The translations under genes and the position numbers were made by a program. From contig CAZOOV010000007.1 in NCBI GenBank assembly GCA_964581515.1, forward strand, positions 12,698-76,697: a stretch of 64,000 nucleotides of DNA. The letters run 5' to 3'. Shown here in pieces: positions 50,701 through 59,305 of this stretch (position 1 is the first letter of the stretch; each line of letters starts with the position of its first letter). A model generated the notes under the pieces. It was not told the origin of the DNA. It did not search any database and worked only from the letters and a program-made list of their open reading frames with translations. The DNA comes from an uncultured Methanosarcinales archaeon (lineage in GTDB: Archaea > Nanobdellota > Nanobdellia > Woesearchaeales > JACJVV01).

Positions 50701-51261
50701 CAGGGAAAAAATGTAAATGTCCTTGTACTTGATACAGAAGTATATTCCAATACAGGTGGACAAGCTTCAAAAGCAACACCTCTTGGTGCAACTGCAAAAT
50801 TCGCTTCTGCTGGAAAACGTTCAGGGAAGAAGAATATGGGCCTGATGATGATGACATATGGTAATGTCTATGTTGCATCAGTTGCAATGGGTGCTAATCA
50901 AAACCAGGTCGTAAAAGCACTTAGGGAGGCTGAAAGCTATGATGGACCTTCTATTGTATTTGCATACTCACCATGCATTGCACATGGTATTGATATGACT
51001 AAGACACAAGAAGAAGAGAAAAAAGCAGTCGATGCAGGATACTGGCCATTATATAGGTATAATCCTGAAAGTGAAAAACCCTTAACATGGGACTGCGGTG
51101 ATGCAAAAGTTTCTTTTAAGGAATTCTTGCTTGGTGAGAACAGGTATAGGATACTCCAAAGAGAGCATCCTGATGATGCAGAAAGATTATTTAAGTTAGC
51201 AGAAGAAGATGCAAAAAGACGTGCTGATGACATAAAAACATTAATTGGGGGTGAAAAGTGA
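47743..51261 (+). CDS. por: Pyruvate:ferredoxin oxidoreductase, single-polypeptide (NifJ/PorA-type)
   Basis: 1172 aa. N-terminal [31 protein letters not shown], internal ferredoxin [12 protein letters not shown] and [12 protein letters not shown], TPP domain [16 protein letters not shown]. Confidence 0.9.
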   Translation: [1172 protein letters not shown]

Positions 51262-51764
51262 TGGAAGTTAATGATCATTTAACAGAAGTGTTTGAATTCG
51301 CAAAAAAGATGGAGCTTGATGGTAAAGCTAAATATGAAGAAGAGCTTGCTAAAACAGAAGATCCAGGACTTAAAAGCATACTAAAAATGCTCATAGATGC
51401 AGAAGTTAACCATTATGAGGTATTTGATGCTATGCAACAGAAACACTCAAAAGAAGTAATCCATACATCACTAAAGGATGTAAAGAACATCTTTCAGGAG
51501 ATTAAAGAGAAAGGAGAAAAGATAATCACTTCTGAAGAACATGCTGATTTCTATCTGAAAGCAAAAGAGATTGAGGAAAAAGCTGAAGAGACATATAGGA
51601 AGGAAGCACAAGCATGCGAAGATGAGGAAGTCAAGAAGATACTCATTGAGATTGCAGATGAAGAGCATAGGCATGTTATTTTGATGCAAAGTCTTCATGA
51701 AATGGTCCTTAACCCTAACCAATGGGTAGAGAATGCAGAATTCAATGAAATAAATGATTTCTGA
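51258..51764 (+). CDS. Ferritin-like/rubrerythrin-like di-iron protein
   Basis: Paired ExxH motifs (EVNHYE, EEHRHV) in a 168-aa helical protein. ATG overlaps por stop (GTGATGG). Confidence 0.5.
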   Translation: MMEVNDHLTEVFEFAKKMELDGKAKYEEELAKTEDPGLKSILKMLIDAEVNHYEVFDAMQQKHSKEVIHTSLKDVKNIFQEIKEKGEKIITSEEHADFYLKAKEIEEKAEETYRKEAQACEDEEVKKILIEIADEEHRHVILMQSLHEMVLNPNQWVENAEFNEINDF

Positions 51765-51955
51765 TTTAAATAAATAATTCTTAATTTTATTTCTTTTTTT
51801 TCTTTATTAATTTCAATTGTTTTTGTTCTTTATTAGTTTCTGTTGTTCTTTTGCTCTTTATTGTTATCTATTGTTCTTGTTCTTTTTTACTCTTCATTGT
51901 TTTTTATTTCTTTTAGGAGATAAAGTTTATAAACTGAAGGATTAATTCTTTTAGT

Positions 51956-52711
51956 ATGGATTATCTACAAGCAATAGTACTTGCAATTGTGCAGGGGATA
52001 ACAGAATGGCTGCCTGTGAGCAGTAGTGCGCATCTTGCTATTGCTTCAAGAATTTTCCAGATTGAGACAAATCTTTTCTATTTTGTAATACTTCATCTTG
52101 CAACACTTGTGAGTTTAGGAATCTATTTTAGAAAAAGAATATTTAGTTTCTTTTTTGACATTAAAGGAGGGAAAATCCTTACGAAGAAAGGATGGTATGT
52201 TGTTTATGCATCTATCCCTATATTCTTAGCAGGATTTTTCTTGCATGATTTGATTGAAAGCATGTTTGTTGATTTCAGATTGATTGGTATGGCTCTTATT
52301 GCAAATGGTTTAATATTACTTAGCACAAAATTATTTAATGGTGAAAAAGAAATAACACTTCATAAGGCAATAGGTATTGGTATTGTTCAGATGTTTGCTC
52401 TTATACCTGGTATTTCTAGATCAGGTGTAACTGTATCTTCTGGTTTTTTTGCGAAAATGAAGAAAGATGAAGTCATAATGTTTTCTATGATGCTTTCAAT
52501 CCCTGCAATACTCGGTGCATTTTTATATGAGCTTTTTACAGTCCCCTATGATCCTTCTTTATCTATATTATCCATTATAGGTGGATTTATAGTCGCTGTT
52601 GGTTGCGGTTATTTTGCATTAAGGCTTTTAATTAAAAGGATAAGACAAGGAAGATTCAATGAATTCTGGAGTTATTGTATTGTTGTTGGGATTATTATGT
52701 TGTTTAATTGA
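51956..52711 (+). CDS. uppP: Undecaprenyl-diphosphate phosphatase
   Basis: QGITEWLPVSSSAHL signature, PGISRSG motif, 8 TM helices. Confidence 0.75.
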   Translation: MDYLQAIVLAIVQGITEWLPVSSSAHLAIASRIFQIETNLFYFVILHLATLVSLGIYFRKRIFSFFFDIKGGKILTKKGWYVVYASIPIFLAGFFLHDLIESMFVDFRLIGMALIANGLILLSTKLFNGEKEITLHKAIGIGIVQMFALIPGISRSGVTVSSGFFAKMKKDEVIMFSMMLSIPAILGAFLYELFTVPYDPSLSILSIIGGFIVAVGCGYFALRLLIKRIRQGRFNEFWSYCIVVGIIMLFN

Positions 52712-52729
52712 TTTTTATGATTCTTTTTC

Positions 52730-52822
<93 letters not shown>

Positions 52823-52867
52823 TTCGTGATTATCATGTTCTATAACTGAATACTTTAAAAAGGAACT

Positions 52868-54139
52868 ATGGATTTGGATTCTATCATGGCAGGACCTTCA
52901 ACATTAATAGCAGAGTGGCAACCTTTTATTGAGGGGCATCTTAGTACTTTAGAGGGTATGATACAGCCAAATGGAGCAATATCAGCAGCACCTCATGATG
53001 GTTATAGCGCATTTTGGGTAAGAGATGGACTATACGCTCTGAAAGGATTTGAATATGTAGGTATGCATTCACAGGTCAAGAAGATGATGCGCGTACCTTT
53101 TACTATTTTTCATGAACATGACATGAAAATATGCGAGGGAATTAGACATAAGCCAAATTCAAGATATGAATTCTTGCATGCAAGATATCACCCGACAAAC
53201 CTTACAGAACTTAAAGATGACTGGGGTCATAATCAATTGGATATGCTTGGATTGTTCTTGTTTGAGACTGCTGATCTTTTGAAGAAGAACATACCTATAC
53301 TGCCTCATGAAGGAAGAAGAGAAGATATTTATCTGATAAATAAAGTCACCAGATATCTAGAGACTCTAGAATGGTGGAAATGCCCTGATTTTGGTGTATG
53401 GGAAGAAGGACCAGACTTACATTCATCTTCAATAGGTGCAGTGCTTGGGGGCATGCAAAGGATCGCTGATCTTGATAACCCTCAGGTATTCTTCAATGAA
53501 AAGCAATTAGTACACGGAAGAAAAGCATTGGATAAATTATTACCACTAGAGTCTTCTGGAACAAAAAGTGTTGCTGGCAGAGAATATGATCTTGCACAAC
53601 TTAGTCTTCTGTGGCCTTTTAGAGTATGTACATATGAACAAGCAAGTACAATTATGAAAAATATAGAAGAGAATCTTGTTAGGGATAAAGGAGTCGTAAG
53701 ATATCCTAAAGACCCATATTATAATGCTGCAGATGACAGGATGAAGAAAGAAGAAGTAAATCTTCCAGGCATAGTTCTTGCACATTATGACGAAGCAGAT
53801 AAGAATTATTTTCCTTGCGCTAATGAAGGAACAGAAGCACAGTGGCCATTAGGATTTGCATGGTTAAGCATAGTGCATTCTAAATGGGCAAAAAGCGATT
53901 TTGAAAAAGGAAGGGAAAGCTATAAACTAAATCAGGAAAAAGCAAAACATTATCTTGAGAAACTTAAAGAGGTTACATTACCAGTCGATGGTTCATCTGT
54001 AGGTTATATTCCTGAACTCTATGTTGGTGACGTGCCAAATATCAATACACCTTTGGCTTGGTCAACTTCTTTTGCAGTCGCTGCAGCAGAAGCGTATAAG
54101 CAGATAGAAGATCCAAATACTGTTTCTTTTGTTAAATAA
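52868..54139 (+). CDS. Glycoside hydrolase family 15 (glucoamylase/trehalase-like)
   Basis: SAFWVRDGLYAL (GH15 WxRD motif) and FGVWEEGP (catalytic W-EE). Confidence 0.7.
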   Translation: MDLDSIMAGPSTLIAEWQPFIEGHLSTLEGMIQPNGAISAAPHDGYSAFWVRDGLYALKGFEYVGMHSQVKKMMRVPFTIFHEHDMKICEGIRHKPNSRYEFLHARYHPTNLTELKDDWGHNQLDMLGLFLFETADLLKKNIPILPHEGRREDIYLINKVTRYLETLEWWKCPDFGVWEEGPDLHSSSIGAVLGGMQRIADLDNPQVFFNEKQLVHGRKALDKLLPLESSGTKSVAGREYDLAQLSLLWPFRVCTYEQASTIMKNIEENLVRDKGVVRYPKDPYYNAADDRMKKEEVNLPGIVLAHYDEADKNYFPCANEGTEAQWPLGFAWLSIVHSKWAKSDFEKGRESYKLNQEKAKHYLEKLKEVTLPVDGSSVGYIPELYVGDVPNINTPLAWSTSFAVAAAEAYKQIEDPNTVSFVK

Positions 54140-54236
54140 ATCTTGTTAAGTATAAAAAATAGGACGATAAAATAAACAGGATAGACTGAGAAATAAATAA
54201 AATATAATGATAATATAAATAGAATAAATAAAATTC

Positions 54237-54863
54237 TTAATGTCTTCTGAAAGGATTTAATCTAGATAAATTATGTCTATCTAAATAAGATTGCGGTAAT
54301 GGCGGAGGTGTAGCTGGAGTTGCAGCAGGCGTAGGTGTCTGAGCAGGCGCTGGTCCTGGTAAAGGATCTATAATATTTTCAGCTCTCCATCTGAATTGTC
54401 TGTACAATTCTGCTGGCATCATTATCAATAACGCCATGTTCTGCTCGTCATTAAGATGAGGAATTGTACACTTAGCAATATTTTGTCTTGTGACCTTATT
54501 ATAGACTACAAAATCCATGTCCTGCAAGTATCTCTTGTCAGGTTCGTAATCAGTCGGATGTCTTATGCCTCTATGAGCCATTGTTCTTTTAGGCCGAGTG
54601 ATGTCTTTTACAAGATCAGCAATATCGCCTGCTTCATCTTTTGTAAGACCACCTATATATATCACTGGTTGATTAGCTATCTCTACATAAGTAATTGCCC
54701 TCTGGGTTGGGTTGACTGAGAAAAGGTCTTGTGTCTGTACAAGATCAATATTTGGTTCGAGTTCAGTATCTATCGTATGCGGTTGATTTGCATGATACTC
54801 TTCTGCTGGCTCAGACTTCCATAATCTTGCTACAAGATCTCTGAATACTTTTTCGTTTGCCAT
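54237..54863 (-). CDS. Hypothetical protein with Pro/Ala/Thr-rich C-terminus
   Basis: ORF. Start set at MANEKV to abut upstream gene. Confidence 0.4.
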   Translation of the reverse strand: MANEKVFRDLVARLWKSEPAEEYHANQPHTIDTELEPNIDLVQTQDLFSVNPTQRAITYVEIANQPVIYIGGLTKDEAGDIADLVKDITRPKRTMAHRGIRHPTDYEPDKRYLQDMDFVVYNKVTRQNIAKCTIPHLNDEQNMALLIMMPAELYRQFRWRAENIIDPLPGPAPAQTPTPAATPATPPPLPQSYLDRHNLSRLNPFRRH

Positions 54864-54864
54864 T

Positions 54865-55293
54865 TTATCGTTTAGTTGTAGGTTCAAACACTTTAAGGAA
54901 GACCTGCACTTGTGAATCATAAAGACAGATTCTATAGCGTTCCTGGTCTGCTGGTATTGTTCCCCTCAATGGAAGATCAATATCATCCTGGACAACGCAT
55001 TCCATATGTCTTATCAGCCTGCCTCTCATGTCTTCATATGTACCTTGAGCAGCTGTTGCTTCATAATTGAGCATCATTATTCCGCCTGCAGGATAGTTGT
55101 AGCCTGTTAAACTCAGTCCTTCAAGATCAGGCATAGTTTCAAACCTTTTCAGAGCAGGCATTTGCTGTATGAGTTTATTTCTGACTAGACCCTCATTAAG
55201 AGCTCTTCTGTTTATTGTTTCTAAGTCTAGCTCTTCTCTTTTTGGAGCTGTTGATTGCCCCATTGTTGGTTCTGTTGTACCGCCACCTACCAT
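54865..55293 (-). CDS. Hypothetical protein
   Basis: ORF only. Confidence 0.4.
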   Translation of the reverse strand: MVGGGTTEPTMGQSTAPKREELDLETINRRALNEGLVRNKLIQQMPALKRFETMPDLEGLSLTGYNYPAGGIMMLNYEATAAQGTYEDMRGRLIRHMECVVQDDIDLPLRGTIPADQERYRICLYDSQVQVFLKVFEPTTKR

Positions 55294-55419
55294 TTTGTAG
55301 GATATAAGCAGAACCTATATATAAATGTTTCGTTTTGTTACCACTAATAAGTGACTATCTTTAGAAAGATATAAATACTAGTAGTTTCAACCAACACCTA
55401 AACTAAAGGTAATGATAAA

Positions 55420-55968
55420 ATGTCAAAAAAATTACAAGTAGTAAATGAAGGTCCAGTTCCAGCTCAAGAAGGATTTTTTGGAGCAATAACACCAGCAATG
55501 GCTTATCATTTTCTGAGAGATAATGCAGATTTATCAGATGCAGGATTTGAATACGCAGTTCCAGTAGCACTGCCAGGATCAGAGACCTTGTTTGATGATT
55601 TCTTCAATGCAAAAATGGCTAATGGTTATTTTGTTAAGACATTCAGTCCAGATGTTGAAGATAGAGTGGATGCAGGAGTGATAGTCTCAAACGCTTGTAG
55701 TCCAGATGTTTATGTTGTTACAGCATACTCTCATTTTGGTGAACATTCAAAGCACCCATTTACATCAGAAGGTGGTGCTGGAAGACGATCAATCCATAAT
55801 AAACAGTTAGGAGTTAAACTTGATGTTACTATTGAAGATATATTGCAGTTTGGATGCACATGGACACCAGAACAAAGAGAAGAAGTCCTATCAACTGCAG
55901 TAAAACAGCATTATGAAGATATGTTTCCTGCAAGAGAAGTAAAAGCTTTGCCAGCGGAATATAGATAG
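55420..55968 (+). CDS. Hypothetical protein
   Basis: ORF only, 182 aa. Confidence 0.45.
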   Translation: MSKKLQVVNEGPVPAQEGFFGAITPAMAYHFLRDNADLSDAGFEYAVPVALPGSETLFDDFFNAKMANGYFVKTFSPDVEDRVDAGVIVSNACSPDVYVVTAYSHFGEHSKHPFTSEGGAGRRSIHNKQLGVKLDVTIEDILQFGCTWTPEQREEVLSTAVKQHYEDMFPAREVKALPAEYR

Positions 55969-56382
55969 TTAATTTATTTCATTCTCAGAATAAGAATTAT
56001 CATTTAACTTATTGCAAGCTCTATTTACACCATAAGAAAGCAGAGCCATACCATAATAACACGCGCAGTCTTGCCAATCAAATTCTATTTTTGGATGTGC
56101 TGCAATTACTATTTCTAAAGCAGACATAAGAGTAGGAATCATCATTGTTGTCTTGAATTTTTTCTCAGGGACTGCACATAAAGCTGCTACTGTTGCTAAT
56201 GCTCCTGCATAACCTATATCAGTCAAATGACCTGTAATCCAATCATGAGGACGTTTTCCAGCAAGTGCGTCCATCTGTATCCATTCGCCGTAACCAACCA
56301 TTGCTCCGTAGACTGTAAGCTCTAATGTATGTATAGCCTTATAGGCCTTAGAAACATTTCTTTTGAATCCTACTATTGTCAT
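55969..56382 (-). CDS. Hypothetical membrane protein
   Basis: ORF with TM segments. Start trimmed to give 4-nt overlap with upstream gene. Confidence 0.35.
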   Translation of the reverse strand: MTIVGFKRNVSKAYKAIHTLELTVYGAMVGYGEWIQMDALAGKRPHDWITGHLTDIGYAGALATVAALCAVPEKKFKTTMMIPTLMSALEIVIAAHPKIEFDWQDCACYYGMALLSYGVNRACNKLNDNSYSENEIN

Positions 56383-57149
56383 TCTAAAACCGGCAGATAA
56401 CAAGGACTCATAACTATCAAAAAATTCTTCTTGTCATGATGCTTTCGTAGTGCATCATAAAGCCTTGTCTTTGAGATCTCAATCTCTGCTTCAAGAGAAG
56501 CTTGTCCTATCTCTCTATAGACACCTGCTCTATCTGCATCATTAAACCTGTAATCATTAAGAAGCTTATCAAGTGCTGCCTGATCAAGTTCGCTCTCTTC
56601 TACTGCCCTTTCTACTGCAAACTCATGTGCATCCGCTTCCTTGCTAAATTGTTTTGAGATAAGAAATGCTATGCTCATCAATCTCTTATGGATATCATTG
56701 TGATTGTAGCCTTGTTCTTTCAATCTGTCAATGACTTCCTCATCATAATCTCCAGCTATGAAATCAGTAACACCTACACCATACCTATCTGATAGTGCCA
56801 TAGTATACCTTCCTTCAGGAGTGTTCCTTTCAGGAGCTGCCTCAAGGAAAAAGTGCCAATCATCAGGATTCTTCTCAACTCCAGGAGTGACTTCAATGCC
56901 CATCTTTATTGCAGCGGATGTAGAGAACGACTTGCATGTAAGGACGTAAAGCCATTGGTCTGTCCTGGACATCTTCTTCTCAAAATGAGCTTCACCCAGC
57001 CTACCTACACTTGTACATTCTTTCAGAATATCATCTAAAGGTGCTGCTCTGTAATATCCAGAAAGAATACTTTGCCTGACATTTCCTGAAACAAATGGAA
57101 ATGAGATCTTATGCAATGCCTTCAATCCTGCTGCTTTTATATTTGCCAT
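56379..57149 (-). CDS. Hypothetical protein
   Basis: ORF only, 256 aa. Confidence 0.45.
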   Translation of the reverse strand: MANIKAAGLKALHKISFPFVSGNVRQSILSGYYRAAPLDDILKECTSVGRLGEAHFEKKMSRTDQWLYVLTCKSFSTSAAIKMGIEVTPGVEKNPDDWHFFLEAAPERNTPEGRYTMALSDRYGVGVTDFIAGDYDEEVIDRLKEQGYNHNDIHKRLMSIAFLISKQFSKEADAHEFAVERAVEESELDQAALDKLLNDYRFNDADRAGVYREIGQASLEAEIEISKTRLYDALRKHHDKKNFLIVMSPCYLPVLE

Positions 57150-57266
57150 TATATCACTTATTTATACTAGGAGAATTGGTTCTGGCCTTATAAATATTTC
57201 TGTCACTACTAATTAATAGTAAATAAACGAAAACTTTATAAATGAAGAACTTTTAATGCAACCAAT

Positions 57267-58070
57267 ATGGTTTACTCAATATTGGGGCTTGATAATGAGG
57301 TAATTGGACATACCAATAGTATTGATCCTAAAATCCTTAATCATTTCTATGGTCAGATTAGGCTTAAGCATCCTGGAAGGCTTAAGAATGAATTCTTTGA
57401 GATCCTTACACCTGAAGGTGATAAGACAGGAAAGCTGAAGTTGAGGGATCTTATCCATAAAGATGGCGACTGGCATGGTGCTTTCCAGTTCCACGTATAT
57501 ACTATTGCATCAGATGGAATCATCAGTCTTCTACTGCAGAAAAGAGCTTCTGATAAAGACCTTTGCCCTGATAAACTTGATACATTAGTTGGGGGTCATT
57601 TTGCTCCTGGTGAAGAAGTTGAAGAGGGAGTAAGGGAAATTAAAGAAGAAGTAGGACTTGATGTTGATTTCTCAGATCTGACTTATCTTGGAAAAAGAAT
57701 CCAGTTATATCAAGATGATGCACTTGGAATCAATAATCGAGAAGTTCAGGATGTAACTGTATATAGATGCGATCAACCTCTTGACGCTTATACATTACAA
57801 GAAGAAGAAGTTGCTGCAATCATGAAAGTTAGGATTGATGACTTCATTGATTTGATGATGGACAGGCTGCCAGAGATGGAAGTTGAAGATGGAATAATAC
57901 TTGCGAAAGGAAATGTGGAGAAATATATCCCAAGGATAACAGCTGATGACATGTGGCCTTCACCTCATGACGATTACGCTTTGAAGACTGCACTGATTGT
58001 CAGGAACATTGCAAATGGATTTAAGGTTCCTGAGAAACCATACATGAAGGATGTCACTGAATTATTTTAG
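57267..58070 (+). CDS. NUDIX hydrolase
   Basis: Nudix box GGHFAPGEEVEEGVREIKEEVGL (Gx5Ex7REUxEExGU). Confidence 0.7.
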   Translation: MVYSILGLDNEVIGHTNSIDPKILNHFYGQIRLKHPGRLKNEFFEILTPEGDKTGKLKLRDLIHKDGDWHGAFQFHVYTIASDGIISLLLQKRASDKDLCPDKLDTLVGGHFAPGEEVEEGVREIKEEVGLDVDFSDLTYLGKRIQLYQDDALGINNREVQDVTVYRCDQPLDAYTLQEEEVAAIMKVRIDDFIDLMMDRLPEMEVEDGIILAKGNVEKYIPRITADDMWPSPHDDYALKTALIVRNIANGFKVPEKPYMKDVTELF

Positions 58071-58141
58071 AAGACAATTTTAGAAGTCAATCATAGGAGA
58101 CAATCATAGGAAACAATCATAGAAGATAATATTAAAAGATC

Positions 58142-58927
58142 ATGAAGATGAGCAAACCAACACAAGATTTGGATTTTGAATTGATTTCAGTACTTTTTGG
58201 CAGAGAGTTTTATGGAAATCTGCAAAAGCTTGATGTTCCTGTTGAATTCCCTTATCTCTCAGACACTACAGAATATATGCCTTCAGGAAGAGCTCTTGAA
58301 GTAGCAGGCATTGAACTTCCAGAAAATCCACCTAACTTTCTTACAACAACAGCTGTGCATAATCTTGTGGGACTTCCAAAGAAAGGAAACATCCAAGTAA
58401 TAGGTGGCGCAGCAGGACTTAATCTTGACGGTGTTCCTACTATTAATGACCTTATCTCAGGGATGATTGATAATAAAGACCTTCCGGATGCTTATTATTT
58501 TGCACTTGACATCTATCGTGCCGCAAATAATCTTGAGTCAAATATTATTACTGGTGGAACGCAGTCTGGAGTAATGGCTTTGCTTTCTTCAATTTGGTTG
58601 ACTGATCAAATACTTAATGAATATATATGCAGAGCCGCTATAAAAAAATCAGACTTCTTAGGTATGCCTATTGAAAGAATTGTCAATACAAATACTCCTT
58701 CATTATTACATGTAGTACCTAAAAGAACAACCATCTATCCTGGGAATGATGAAGTCAAAATGGATGAATGGCCATGTCCTCTTGCACCATGTACTGGATT
58801 TATCGTCGTTGGAGGAGGAGATGGTTGGGGACAGCAAGGTGAAGCACTTGAGAAAAGCAGTTATGTAACAAGCTTTATTCCAGCAGCAGACCATGCAATA
58901 TCATCATTACCAAGAATAAAAAATTAA
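58142..58927 (+). CDS. Hypothetical protein; same-frame coding continues past the TAA stop to 59293
   Basis: 262-codon ORF. The 122 codons immediately after TAA are stop-free in frame and lack any early in-frame ATG/GTG/TTG. Confidence 0.5.
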   Translation: MKMSKPTQDLDFELISVLFGREFYGNLQKLDVPVEFPYLSDTTEYMPSGRALEVAGIELPENPPNFLTTTAVHNLVGLPKKGNIQVIGGAAGLNLDGVPTINDLISGMIDNKDLPDAYYFALDIYRAANNLESNIITGGTQSGVMALLSSIWLTDQILNEYICRAAIKKSDFLGMPIERIVNTNTPSLLHVVPKRTTIYPGNDEVKMDEWPCPLAPCTGFIVVGGGDGWGQQGEALEKSSYVTSFIPAADHAISSLPRIKN

Positions 58928-59305
58928 TATTCTTCACGTGTCGCAATCGTCCTTAATGGAGGATATCTTTCACTTATTGAGACAAAAAGAGCAGTAGAAG
59001 CAAGAGATCCTGCAAAAATAATTGCACTCAAAGGGAGCGGAAGATTTGCTGATCTTCTTGCTGCAACCATTGAGAATGATTATAAGTTACCTACCGATGA
59101 TCATGAAGTATGGAAATCTGAAAGATTAAGAGATGATTATAGCAATCCTAGTTATACTAAAGCATTCAGTGAGTTAATTACAAGCTTAAAATTCTACGAG
59201 AAAGCAAAGATGGATAGAGCATATATCTTTCAAGCAGGCAATGAAGGGCTTACTGCAAAGATAGAATCTGTAATGAATGGTACAAGGATGTAGAGGTTAT
59301 GCAAG

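Noticed and set aside
48606-51278. Multiple minus-strand ORFs (82-196 aa) inside por
   Set aside because: They are antisense to an unambiguous 1172-aa PFOR with all catalytic motifs, and their products are Ser/Leu/Ile-rich low complexity.
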